Below, piece after piece: positions 15,647-29,479 of a stretch of 64,000 nucleotides of DNA. The notes under the pieces were generated by a model, which saw nothing but the letters and a program-made list of their open reading frames with translations, did not search any database and was not told where the DNA came from. The DNA comes from the human T2T-CHM13v2.0 reference genome, Homo sapiens. Position 1 is the first letter of the stretch; each line of letters starts with the position of its first letter. The position numbers and the translations under genes were made by a program. The DNA is taken from the NCBI RefSeq assembly GCF_009914755.1, contig NC_060945.1; one strand, 5' to 3'.

Positions 15647-18177
15647 ATAAAGAAGACAAACACATATTAAGAATATTTATCAATTATGGTAAGGATTGAT
15701 TGCTGTCTGCTCCAGGATGGCAGAATCTAACATGTGACATACCACCAAGTGGCTGAATAGTTCACTATTCAGTTGTTTACAGCTGATATCTGCAGTGGTG
15801 ACATTGACATTGATCAGTGGCATTGGTTAGAATTAGCTCTGGCAGGATGAGGCCTATGCACTCAGGCCATTTCATATTTGCCATCCTTGACACTATGCCT
15901 CTAATGCTAATGGTCTCATTGTGCCAAAGCTGAAGTAGCTGAGCAAAGAAAATAATCAGCATCTCTGTCTGGTGGCAGTTGGGTGAGATTCAAATATCTG
16001 TACATGTTGTGCGTATTTCTACATCTTCTTCTTAGCCCATCATGTCCCTCATGTTGCATCAAGTTTTGCTCTTTCCAAACCCTCATTGAAACATTCAGTT
16101 ATTCATAATGAGATCCATATATATCCACACTTTTAGGCACTTTCTCCTTCTATTTCTGGATTTCAAATCCATAATTCATCTGTGAACCAGGCCTACATCC
16201 ATTCCTTCTCTATTAGTTACCTCTAGAGAAATCTCCTTGAGAATATAGTTGAGACAAATGTAACAGGGTGGTTTGCGCTTCTTATCACATAATTTACCCG
16301 TATCTTTAGACCTGTTCTGTCCTGATCTCAAACAAACCACCTTAACTGAAAAGTTTATTGTTTCAATTTCTGCTTAACTTTGTCACTATTGACTCTAATA
16401 TTGCCACTTTTTGATGGGCTGACATAATTGCATAGTAACTTGATGTTCCATGTTCAAATGCTCAGTATTAAGCCTGTACCAAGTTGAGGAGTTATTTTTA
16501 AAACAGTGATTAATTCTCTGATGCAGAAATCACAGCCTTGTTTCAGAATCTTAAAATATTGTACTTTTACTCTATTACTGAAGCTTGTTCAGGGAAAAAC
16601 ATCCACATTTTTGACAGATACTACCAGACACGAGATCTGCAGGGTTACATGGCCCAAGTGTTAATGCAGCTTGTAACATACTCTCACCATGCTGCAGAAC
16701 CTACTGTTGCTCTGGACCCCTCTTGAAACTGTCAGCTTTTAAATCTATCAAACTGTTTACAGTAGTATTCCAAAATACATTATACCATCTCTACAATCCA
16801 AAGAGGCTCACTAAGTGCAGTGGTAGGAGATATGAGGTTAAAAAAAAATCAAAGAGCCTCCAATCTTAGTAATCCCTACATGTTCCAGACAAATGGATTT
16901 CTAAAATCTTTACTACTGTAATAGACTTCTAAATATTCAGTGAATTTGTTTCCTATCTCGTGGAATGCATTTGTTTTAGTAAGAAAATTTAAGGTATTCA
17001 CTACTCCTTCTTATTAGAAACAGTTAACACGATGTAGTCAACATAATGCAAGAGCGTGCAGCTATTAGAAATGTCAGGACCAAGGATATTGACTATATTA
17101 TGACAGAAAGCAGAAGTTTTTAACCAGTTCTGGAGCAAGACAGTGTATGAGGCACTGTATAGGTACTCTCGCCCTTTTTTGTAAAGATTAACTGGCTTTG
17201 ATTCCCCCTAATGTTACGTATTCAGAAGCATTTACCAGCTCAATAGCCAAATATTGGATGGGTCTGTTTCAGTATGGAGATGACATCCAGTACAGCAAGT
17301 ATAGGTATGGCTACTCCTAGTTAAGCTTACCATAATTTTTAATCGCATGCATTTTTTTCATAGCAACCAGAGAGATTAAATGAATGGAGATGAATGGGAG
17401 CCACTCCACCATTCATCAAAACTTTGATACTGGACTCAATTGTGAATTTGTCTTGAAATTTGATAATGCTTTTGTTTTACTGTTCTGCTCAGCAAAATAG
17501 TACATGTTTTACTGTTTTCCTACCTTAATGCCCTTTCATTCTGCAGGTGAGATAACAAACATTGGATCCTAAATATATCACTCCAAGTTGGACCCAATGG
17601 ATGTAGGCTTGAACCAAAACTCTGTTCATGAATAGACTAATGAGAAAATCTGATAGTGTTCTAGGTCCTAGTGTAAAAGCTATTTTTTTTTTTAAAAAAA
17701 ATAACTTTTCAAGAGATGGAAGACAAATTACATAAAGATTCAGAGACCTATTACCTAAGTAAAGATTTTAGGAATCTTCTTTTCTGGAGCATGTCAGGAT
17801 TACTAAGGTAAGAGACATTTTTCTTTTTAACTTCATATCTCTACCACTAAGGCACAAAACTTAGTGAATCTCTTTGGATTGTAGAGGCTATATATTTTGG
17901 AACACTGTTGTGAACATGTTGGTGGATTTTGAAAGCTGATAGTTTCAAGAGGGTCCCAGCTGGATGGGACTGCCCTCAACTTATTTCTGAGGAAGCTTAA
18001 AGTTACGGAACTGATCCTTAGCCAATATAATGTCAAATGGGCTAAATGATGATTTATAATATGCTTTTCAAAATTCCAAACTCTCATAGTGTGTACCAAG
18101 GCTTGCTGGCTTACACCTGACATAATCTGTTAAATAGCCTCCCTTGGTTATGTGAGAAGAAGAACAAAAAAGACCTT

Positions 18178-18554
18178 TGTATTAGTTCGTTCTGACACTA
18201 CTATAAAGACATATCTGAGACTAAGTACTTTATAAAGGGAAAAGGTTTAATTGACTCAGCTCCACATGGCTGGGGAGGCCTCAGGAAACTTATAATCATG
18301 GTGAAAGGCAATAGAGAATCAAAAGCACGCCTTATATGGTGGCAGGCAAGACAGAATGAATAAGAAAGGGGGAAGAGCCCTTATAAAACAGTCAGATCTT
18401 GTGAAAACTCATTCACTATCACAAGAACACCACAGGGGAAACGGCCCCCATGATCCAATCACCTCCCACCTGGTCTCACGCTTGACACATGGGGATTATG
18501 GAGATTATCATTTGAGATGGAATTTGGGTGGGGACACAGAGCCAAACCATGTCA
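18178..18554 (-). mobile_element. THE1D/MSTA MaLR solo LTR
   Basis: TGTATTAGTTCGTTCT...GGGACACAGAGCCAAACCATGTCA; TSD ACCTT/ATCTT. Confidence 0.88.
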
Positions 18555-19554
18555 ATCTTGTTGAACACTTTTGAAGAATTCCCACTCTTTTAAAAGCAAA
18601 AATTCCTTACACAAGTCTTGGTCATTCAATGTCTGCAGATAAAGAAAGAACTTTATAAGAATGAACCCTGGGAGATGTGCCTCAGTGTTGTTTGGACAAT
18701 ACTTACCAACACTCATTTTCTCTTCCTGCATCATATTGTCTTCAGCCAAGCCTTATAACGGTATACTCTGTGGAGATGAGTGAGTTAATTTCATTATTGG
18801 ACTTGCATAATATCTGTAGTTCCCTTGCCCCAATGTCAATCAAGATATACAATCTAAGAGTTAACAACCGGCCAGTGGTCCTTTTAGGTAGAATCAGGGA
18901 CTGTCTGTCATATATACATGCAGTGCTATTTAAATTTCTTTTCTCAAGGGGATTCAGCACTTTTTTGCTCAAGAAGCTCTGGGACTAATTTATAGCTGGA
19001 TTTTTAATGGAGATACATGTTTGTGCAGTGGTGGACTTTAGCCTTTTGCATACCAGCTCTGGTTACTTATTTACTTATTTGTTGTAATTTGTATTTGCTA
19101 TAGATTTCTTTATTATTCTTGAACTTATAGAATTTTAGAAACTCCATCATTACCTGTGTACTTATCATGCATATTAGCCTGCTGTATCAGGTCACTCATG
19201 GACAAATACTCTGTCACTTTAGCTTTTCTGTTTTCTGTAGCTATCATTGCCACCTTGCTTTCAACAGTTAAAGGCCACCATTCTGAAGTCCTCAATATCA
19301 GTGATATTATGGATCCAAGTTTAATAGCAGCAGTGCTTACTATCAAGCCCTGCATATTGAGGACAGCCACCATGAAGTCTCTCAAAGATATCAGTGGTCC
19401 CCCCCACCAGGGAATTCATTATTGCCTCAGTAAAAGGAGTATCCTCTGGGGCCTTCTGGGAAACATAGTCAACGTTCTGAGATATTACATGGTGAATGTA
19501 TTCTAAACCTTATTTCTTCCTCATGCTCCAACAAAGTGGTTTGACTATGTTTCC

Positions 19555-19940
<386 letters not shown>

Positions 19941-20886
19941 TAGGATTAAGTCCAATTTTTCCTCCAGTACATAGAAACTTTAGTAACAGGGTGGCCATAT
20001 CAATAATTTCTCCAAAATCCAGGCTTTTATCTCACATATATTGTTCCCATACTCTTCCAATCTAATCCCAGTGTTGGCCCACTTTCTGCAGGACATATTT
20101 CCAGATTCTGTTTTCTCTTTGGCAAATAAACTATTTCTTATTGGTAGATGGACCACACTGATCCACATAAACTCTCCAATAGGTGACCCTGACTAATGAC
20201 CAGAAGGCAATGAGGGGTGGTAGAGACAGATCTTGAAGAGAATAAACATCATTTTGTGAGGCATTCACTTCTGGTGAGAGGTTATTGCATATGTTTAACT
20301 ATGAGAGCATTTTTTACGTCTAATACTAGGAAGGAGGAGCTGTTTGTTTTGTTCAGATTGTTCAGGGGAATATAGAAGTTCAACATTATCAGGCTGTACC
20401 ATCTATCACCTTGCCAGGTCTCAAGTTCAAAATATTTACCTATCAGAGCCTTAGTATAATATAGAAGCCTTGTCAAGGCTGCCCATTAATTTTAATTGTA
20501 AACTTTGCTACTTTTACAATAAGATCTCTGGCTGACATTTTAATAGAAGCTGCCCTCAACCTGTAAGAGAAGAGAGTCTACATAAAAGCTGTCACCATAG
20601 CTCTTTGCTTTCACAGTTTTACAACACACCTTCAATTTCCAGTTGGCTTCCCGTAGCCTATAATTTTCTTTCTGCAGGGCCTTCCAATGTAATTAACAGA
20701 AGCCAGTCTAGTCTTCAGTCTTTATCATTATCATTGCTCTCATACAATTCAAGTGCCATAGTCCACATATATCCAACACTTCTCCATCCACTTCTACCTT
20801 GCTCCTGTTAATCAAAGGTGAAATCCTTAGCACTTGTGATGTGAATACATGGCATGTTTTATCACCAGTTTATTTCTGGCATCCGC

Positions 20887-21400
20887 TGTTTTATCGTAGG
20901 CTTTTCAAATCGAACTTGAGGCAAATGCTCATAGGCTACTTTACCAGAAAGTACAATCCAAAAGAAACCAGAGAGGGGAAATACATGAGTGAGGCAGAGA
21001 ATGCTAGACAAAAAATAAAACCATGTGTTACCAGAGTGTATGCCACTATTTTGTCTCAAGTCAGACCTTTTTTTTTTTTTTTTTTTGGTGAGAGAATTAT
21101 GTGTTTCTTTGCCTATAAACAATCCAGAACTGGAGTGGAAGGAGAATAATTTATCCACTGGTTTCTACCTCTCATTGGTTAAAACTTTGCTTTATGTCTC
21201 CAGTGTGTGCCAGGGTGAAGGTGATATGCATATCCCATATATTTGTCTGTCTTAAAGTTAACAGGACTAAGCCGAGGGGGAGGTGTGGGACACATGATAT
21301 GAACATGAGATAAATTGATATTGAGCTGTGCTTTCTGCTTAAACCACAGCTTGATTGAGCCACAAGAGATTGTTGCTGTGGTTGATTGGTGTAATACAAG
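20887..21400 (-). mobile_element. Probable 5' LTR of the ERVL provirus (LTR33/LTR16-like)
   Basis: Abuts a PBS-like GGATGCCAGAAAT on the minus strand; weak similarity to the recalled LTR33 antisense start. Right boundary uncertain. Confidence 0.45.
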
Positions 21401-22046
21401 TTGGCAAGAGCTCTTGACATGTAAATCTCAAATTTATGAAATGGTGTAATGAACAAACCAACAACAACAAAAAATAGTTATCTTTCCCCACACTGTGATA
21501 CCCCCTTGATTCTTACCTCCCAAGGGCAAAAACTTTAAACTCTGTTTAGATTTTTCTTATGGTATCTAGTAAAACATTTTAAAGAACATACTTACTGGTA
21601 TGTAGGCAAACATTTTAAAATAACATGTTGCTACTCTTCTTCCTTTTTTTCCTCTTAAAATATTAGGTATTAACTATTGACTGTCTTATTCTTAAACTGA
21701 GTATTAGCTCTGTTGACCTACAATGCTATGACATCCAACATTCACACATACACATAAAAAATGCACTCGTGCTCGAAAACACATAGACACCAAAGCACGC
21801 AAACACACATAAGTCTATGTTCTACTCATTCTATAAATAGGATTTTATTACACATTTTGTTTTTGAATCAGTATTATGACCATCTAAATGCTACTCACAG
21901 CTGGCCCACATTCTGGTAAGTATCTTATTGCTGTTACATTGAGGCAGGTTTAATTCACTTACTTGCATAGTTTCCTCTAAAGCTGTTACTCATTTCACAT
22001 CAGACATTAAAACAAACAAAAACCAAAAACAAAATCAAATACTCAG

Positions 22047-22090
22047 ACACACACACACACACACACACAACATGCACACACACACACACA
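22047..22090. repeat. Interrupted (CA)n microsatellite
   Basis: Directly visible. Confidence 0.9.
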
Positions 22091-22175
22091 GAGCTATAAA
22101 ATTTCCCTCAATTTCATTTAAAATAAAAACAACCTCCACTATAATCCATCATCCTTACTCTACACTCAAGTGCCT

Positions 22176-22459
22176 GACAGTTACACATGGCTGGGGAGGC
22201 CTTAGGAAACTTACAATCATGACAGAAGGCACCTCTTCACAGGGCAGTGGGAGAGAGAATGAGTGCAAGCAGGGGAAATGCCAGACCCTTATAAAACCAT
22301 CGGATCTCATGAGACTCACTCATTATCATAAGAACAGCATGGAGAAACCACCCTCATGATTCAGTTACATTCACCTGGTCCTCCGCTTGACATGAGGGGA
22401 TTACAGGGATTACAATTCAAGGTGAGATTTGGGTGCTGACACAGAGCTAAACCATATCA
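22176..22459 (-). mobile_element. THE1D/MSTA LTR, truncated at its 3' end
   Basis: ACAGTTACACATGGCTGGGGAGGCC...AGAGCTAAACCATATCA; the terminal TGTATTAG part is absent. Confidence 0.85.
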
Positions 22460-22862
22460 TTCAGCAAACCTCATGTTGAAATTTGATCCCTAATCTTGGC
22501 GATGCGGCCTAATGAAGGTGTTTGGGTTATGGGGACAGCCCCTCATGAATGGCTTAGTGCCATCCTCATGGTAATCAGTGAGTTCTTTCTCCATTAGTTC
22601 CTGCGAAAGCTGATCAATACAAAGAGCCTGGCATCTCCCCTATCTCTCTTGCTTCCTATCTCAACATGTGATCTTTGCAAATGCTGGCTCTCCTTCCCCA
22701 TCTACCATGAGTGGAAGCAACTTGAAGCCCTCACCAGAAGCAGATGCTGGCACCATGCTTACTATACAGCCTGCATAACTGTGAACCAAATAGACAACTT
22801 TAAAAAAAAATAAATCATCCAGCTTCAGGTGTTTCTTCATAGCACGAAAATAGACTAAAACC
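22460..22862 (+). mobile_element. MSTB-type MaLR LTR lacking its first ~25 bp
   Basis: AAACCTCATGTTGAAATTTGATCCC...GCAGATGCTGGCACCATGCTT...TAGACTAAAAC. Confidence 0.82.
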
Positions 22863-23817
22863 AGTCACATTCTTGGGCCCTGTAGTTTCTGTTCGTTTGT
22901 TTTACCTCACAGTTTATGGTGGAGTATATCTTCTTAGAAATGATGATTATCATAAACTTCTCGGTACCTTGCTTATCTGAAAATATATTCATATTCCTCC
23001 TATATGTGACTATTTTGCAAGTAGCATTCTGCCTACTCATTTAGCACATTTCTATTTTCCTTCTTTTTTTAAGTAAGTCTTCTTTGTCTCATATTTGATC
23101 AGGTCTTCCATCTATTTTTTATGTATATATAGGTTTTATTCCCTACCATATTTAGAGTAGGAATTTAAGAAGGAGTGTACATTAATATGTGCATCAATCA
23201 ATGTTTAATCTTAAGTTTATATCTTTAGACCTTTTAATTTTCAATAAATTCTGAAGAAGGAAAAGCTGCTCAGAGAAATATATGAACTTGTTAATGTCAT
23301 CAATTAAGGTACTATTTTGTTTTCCAATAGGAAGTTCACTTTTTTATATCTGATTTCTCAAAATACCCTATATAAAGTACATGCCAGAAAATGAGATCCA
23401 AGATCAGCAAAATGTAAAATCACCACAATTCATTGGGTTTTTATTATCAGTTGAATCAGCAATTTCTGAATCATACAAATATGCACCAAAATCATTTGAT
23501 AATTTCTTCAATAGTTATATCAGAATGCAAGTCTACATCCAGCCATCAAACACCATCTAGATATTAATATTTTTAGAAGTTGCAAGCTTAAATTGAACCC
23601 CTTAAATTTTCATTTTCTCTCAAAGTCTCCTCTAAATTTAGTATATTCGATTAGGCAAACTATGCTTGACTTTCTTGATTAAAAAACAGTAACTATAGGA
23701 CTTATTGCAGAGTCAGAAAACATAAAATGATAAAACACAATATTTAAAATGTATTATTATGACATTATTTTTTGACTATGGGTTAAAATATTAGCTACTA
23801 ATTCTGCTATGAAAATA

Positions 23818-24388
23818 CAGTAGCCTTTCCTTATCTAAGGGAAATACATTCAAAGACCCCCAGTAGACTGCTGAAACCATGGCTAGTACCCTATGTATAC
23901 CATATGCACATTACCTTTTACTTCTTTACTATTTCATGGATAGCAGGTTTGCTCTAACCATAAATCTTAGCAAGCTCAGCATATAATATCACCCCCTCCT
24001 TATTAAATTGAGAACTTTCACCTTTTCACTTAAAGGACGCGCTTCATGGCTTTTCTCTGGCATATCCAAATTGCCAGTATTGCTACTCTCTCACTTTGGG
24101 CCAGGGCTGTGGCCATTATTAAGTAAAACAAGGGTTATTTGAACTGTGATACTGCAACAGTTGATGGAATAATAGAGTCATTTACTAAGTGACTAACAGG
24201 CAGGGAGCATCTACAGTGTGGAGACACTAAACAGGGACAGAACTAGATGGCATGGGATATTATCTTCCTACCCAGGAAGACACTATTTAAAATTTGGAAG
24301 TTGTTCATTTCTAGAATTTTCTATTTAATATTTTCAGAGCTTGGTTGAAACTTCAGGAAGCAAAACCATAGATAAAGGTGAACCACTG
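23818..24388. mobile_element. TcMar-Tigger non-autonomous DNA transposon (MER82-like)
   Basis: Imperfect TIRs CAGTAGCCTTTCCTTATCTA / TAGATAAAGGTGAACCACTG, flanked by TA at 23816-17 and 24389-90. Confidence 0.8.
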
Positions 24389-25006
24389 TAGACATAAAGG
24401 TTGATACAGTTGATGGGAATTTTCTTTGAGTATCATAAGGTCAAGATTGATTTGCTGCTTTTTAAAATATGCAGTGGCTATTATTAAATTCAATTTATGA
24501 GTAACATCAACTCTCTGAAAATGCATTATTTTGTAAGAATGTATTTGCTAATTTTTGAAAACTAAGACTGTGATAGCATTCCAGAAATTAATAATTATGC
24601 ATACATATATACCAGGCTAGATATTGTCAAATAATTTAACCTTTTAAATTTTAAAAATATGATTTTCCTGAACATTTAATAAGCTACCAAGAAAAAAAAG
24701 TATTTAAAATAGAATTAATTCAAAATATTTTCCAGGAGAATAGTATCTCGATAATATCAGGGTTGGAAAGACCATACTATATTTAGTTGCACAATAGAGG
24801 ATTAGAAACATCTTTCTCTGTGTGCTCACAATTAAGAAAATACAGTCTTCTTAAAGGATTTGCTAATTTGGTTCAGCTTAATTTCATTCATAACTCTTTA
24901 GAAACAATATATTGATGTGACAGTGAGAGATTTATAAAAAGTATTTTTTTCTTCCTTAAACTTAGTTTTAGAAAGCCAAATTATAAAATACTATATTCTA
25001 AAAAAG

Positions 25007-27281
25007 TGATATGATTTGGCTGTGTCCCCACCAAAATCTCATCTTGAATTGTAACTCCCACAATTGCCATGTGTTGTAGGAGGAACCTGGTGGGAGGTCA
25101 TTGAATCGCAGGGGCTGGTCTTTCCCCTGCTGTCCTTGTGATAGGGAATAAGTCTCATGAGATCTGAGGGTTTTAAAAACAGGAGTTTCCCTGCACAAGA
25201 TCTCTTCTTTTGTCTGCCACCATGTGAGATGTGCCTTTCACCTTCCGCCATGTTTATGAGGCCTCAACAGCCATGTGGAATTGTAAGTCCATTAAACTCT
25301 TTTTCTTACCAGTCTCAGGTATGTCACTATGAGCAGTGTGAAAATGGACTAATATAATAAATTAGAGCAGTAGAGTGGATTCTGCTGAAAAAATACCCCA
25401 AAATGTGGAAGCAACTTTGAAACTTGGTAATAAGCAGGGGTTGGAACAGTTTGGAGGGCTCAGAAGAAGACAGAAAAATATGGGAAAGTTTGGAACTCCC
25501 TAGAGACTTGTTCAATGGCTTTGTCCAAAATGCTAATAATGATATGGACAATAAAGCCCAGGCTGAGGTGGTCTCAGGTGAAGATGAGGAACTTGTTTGG
25601 AACTGGAGCAAAGGTGACTCTTGTTATGTTTTAGCAAAGAGACTGGTGGCATTTTGCCCCTTCCCTAAAGATTTGTGAGACTTTGAACTTGAGAGAGGTG
25701 CTTAAGGGTATCTGGTGGAAGAAATTTTTACGCAGCAAAGCATACAAGAGGTGACTTGGGTACCATTAAAGGCATTCAGTTTTAAAAGGGAAACAGAGCA
25801 TAAAAGTTTGGAAACTTTGCAGCCTGAAAATGTGATAGAAAAGAAAATTCCATTTTCTGAGGAGAAATTCAAGCCAGCTGCAGATATTTGCACAAGTAAC
25901 AAGAATCTGAATGTTAGTCTCCAAGACAATGGGGAAAATGTCATCAGGGCATATCAGAGGTCTTCATGGCAGCCCTCTCATCACAGAACTGGAGGCCTAG
26001 GAAGAACACATGGTTTCCTGGGCCAAGTCCCTGGTCCCTGTGCTGTGTGCAGCCTAGGGATTTAGTGCCCTGCATCCCAGCTGCTCCAGCCATGGCTGAA
26101 AGGGGACAACATAGAGCTCAGGCTGTGGATTCAGAGTATGCAAGCCCCAAGCCTTGACAGATTCCATGTGGTGTTGAGCCTGCCAGTGCAAAAAAGTCAA
26201 GAACTGGGGCTTGGGAACCTCCTCCTAGATTTCAGAGGATGTATGGAAATGCTTGGATGTCAAGGCTTAAGTTTGCTGCAGGGGCGAAGCTCTCATGGAG
26301 AATCTCTGCTAGGGCAGTGTGAAAGGGAAATGTGGGGTCAGAACCCCCACACAGAGTTCCTACTTGGTACCTCCTAATGGAGCTGTGAGAAGAGGGCCAC
26401 TGTCATTCAGACCCCAAAGTGGTAGATTCACCATCAGCTTGCACCATTTGCCTAGAAAAGCCACAGACACTCAATGCCAGCCTGTGAAAGCAACTGGTAG
26501 GGAGGCTGTACCCTGCAATGCCACAGGGGCAGAGCTGCCCAAGACCATGGGAACCCACCTTTTGCCTCAGCATGACTTGGATGTGAGACATGGAGTCAAC
26601 AGACATCATTTTGGAGCTTGAAGATTTGACCACCTTGCTGGATTTCAGACTTGCATGGGGCCTGTAGCCCCTTTGTTTTGGCCAATTTCTCCCATTTGGG
26701 ACAGCTGTATTTAACAAATGCCTGTGCCCCTATTGTATCTAGAAAGTAACTAACTTGCTTTTGATTTTACTGGCTCATAAGCAGAAAGGACTTGCTTTGT
26801 CTCAGATGAGACTTTGGACTGTGGACTTTTGGGTTAATGCTGAAATGAGTTAAGACTTTGGGTGACTATTGGGAAAGCATGATTGCTATTGAAACTTGAG
26901 GACATGAGATTTGGGAGGGACTGGGGTGGAATGATATGGTTTGGCTGTGTCCCCACCCAAATCTCATCTTGAATTATAACTTCCACAATTCCCTCATGTC
27001 ATGGGAGAAACCTGGTGGGAGGCAAGTCAATCATGGGGGCAAGTTTTTCCATGCTGTTCTCATGATAGTGAATAAGTCTCACAAGATCTGATGGTTTTAA
27101 AAATGGGAGTTCCCCTGAACAAGACCTCTTCTCTTGTCTGCCACCATGTGAAATGTGCCTTTCACCTTCCACCATGATTGTGAGGCCTCCCCAGCCATGT
27201 GAAACTGTAAGTCCATTAAACCTCTTTTTCTTCCCAGTCTCAGGTCTGTCTTTATCAGCAGCGTGGAAATGGACTAATACA
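25007..27281 (+). mobile_element. Full-length THE1 (THE1C-like) MaLR provirus: 5' LTR 25007-25356, internal 25357-26931, 3' LTR 26932-27281
   Basis: Two ~350-bp direct LTRs; internal ORF remnants (WNSLEGSEEDRKIWESLELPRDL; EEIFTQQSIQEVTW); purine tract before the 3' LTR; TSD AAAAG/TAAAG. Confidence 0.95.
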
Positions 27282-28459
27282 TAAAGTCAAGTTGAATTTT
27301 TTGGCCTGTGCATTTTGCAATATATTTTAAGAACAGTATCAATTTCTGGCTTCAAATTGTTGTGTATATGGATTATTAGAAGTATTACATATGAAAAAGA
27401 TTTAAATATTCCATTGTTAAGACCATAATTATAAACATGAGACATTTTTGTGTGACAAGCTCCTTTTAGAGAAGACGTAAAAGCATAATAAAAGGCTTCT
27501 TGTCTAATACAGAGCAAATATTTTCAGTAATGGAAAGAAGGAGACATAATATCTTTAACTTATCTTAATATTACCTTTTTATTCCCTGTAGGAAAATGAA
27601 ATAGCCAGTTCTACTTTTCAATGTAATTGTTCTAAATGAATTCAATAAAAATAGCTGAAATATGTTGATGTCTTTGAGAATCAAAATTTTTTGTTTTCAA
27701 GTGGGTGACTGAATAATTTATTTCAATATATTCGGTAATAGCTGAAATTTTTAATTTATTTCCTTCACATTTTCGACTAACTTTATCCTAATCCCGAAAA
27801 TTTTCCTTTAGTGATAAAATGCACTCCAAGTTAAACATGTTCAACATTGATTCAAGTTTATAGACCATTTTATTGAGGCTTCAATAGTGTGAATACTCAC
27901 ACACACACAAATACTCTAATGATTTATTACATTACAGTGATGCTGAGAACAACAATAATGGATCTAGAAGTCTATGGCCTTTTCAAGAATATATGAAATC
28001 CTTTTGGATGAATGATTAACACAAAGTAAGTACAAAGACAGATGGTGTATGATCTTTGACATTATAACATGTTAGTATTTCAGACTGGTTTATTATAGAA
28101 AAAGGTCAGTCAATATTAGAGACAGCTTGTAAGAGAAAATGTAGTTTGAAAGACTCTGAGGAAATAAAAGTTGAGAATGTGGTAGGACCTCTTTGAGTAT
28201 TAACCATATTATGATAGCAGATGATAATCAAATGTATTGAAAAGTCCTTAAAGTTTATAAAAGAATAAAGATATTGTTCCTTTGATGAAACTACTAGAGT
28301 ATTTTAAGGTATTTTCACTTCCAATTGATTTAATACATAAGCTTATATAATTTTTAAAATAATATTTTATGTCTGCCTTTTCTTGTCTAACTTCACTTTC
28401 TCTTTTGATAATTACATTATTTCTTTGCTTTACACAATGTGCGGTGTTGACTCCCAAAC

Positions 28460-29330
28460 ATATGATTTTCAGCTCTACAATCTCTCCACATACCTACCAA
28501 ATCACATGTACAAATTTCTTTGATATTTCGACTTGAAAATATAAAACATCTTAATATTAACATGGACATAAAACTCAATGATTAATTCCTGTTCTCCATG
28601 CAATCTGTGCCTCTCAGATTTTCCTAATTCAAGGAAAAAAATCAAGGACATATTCCTGATTCTCTCCTTTTCTTAAATTTCTAGCTCATCATTCATTATG
28701 TTTTTCAATATCTATCTTTAAAATATATATCAAATTTCCACATATATTCCATCTAAACTACAATCATTCACACTGTTTGCCTGCTAGATTACTCTAATGC
28801 ACATTTAATGCCCTCTCTGCTTCTAATCCTGGCATTTCCAGTTCATTTTTTACATGACCAGATATTGTGAACTTTTAAAGCAAATAGTGTATGAGATTTC
28901 ATTTGTTTCAACGGTTTCTCAAAGCAGTAAGATTAAAACCCCAACACTTTAATTGTATTACAAAACCTACATAATATGGTCCCACCTATATCTTCCTGAA
29001 CTGCCTACTTGCCTGTGTTGTCACTATTTTTTTCAGTATTTTTTCAATGGCATTGGCTTTTGTAAATGCTCTAGATAGTTCCTGGCCTAGGGCCTTTGTA
29101 ATAGATTGCTCTCTTGAAATATGCTTTTCCTGATCTTCATTGAGCTGACATCTTGCCTTTTTATGTCTGAGTCTTTGTGTCCTCATCAGAAGGTTCTTTC
29201 TGTAACCAACATCTATTGTGAAATTATTACATCATTCTGTCTGACTGATCAGCAGAACAATATTCACTTTCTGATATATGTATTTTAATTTAATTTGTTG
29301 ATTTTTAAATTAATTTCTGGCTCCAGATGA
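28460..29330 (+). mobile_element. L2 LINE remnant
   Basis: Pyrimidine-rich L2-like motifs (CCTGCTAGATTACTCTAATG, CCTGGCCTAGGGCCTTTG). Boundaries approximate. Confidence 0.5.
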
Positions 29331-29479
29331 GAAAACAAATCACTAGAATATACAAAAGTGAAATAACAAACAGTAAAAAGAAAATATGAGACTGGGAAAT
29401 TATGCCATGAAAAAAGAGAAAACTTGGAGTTATACTACATTGAAGACCCAAAAGATTAGTGCCGAAGCCAATACTTTAG

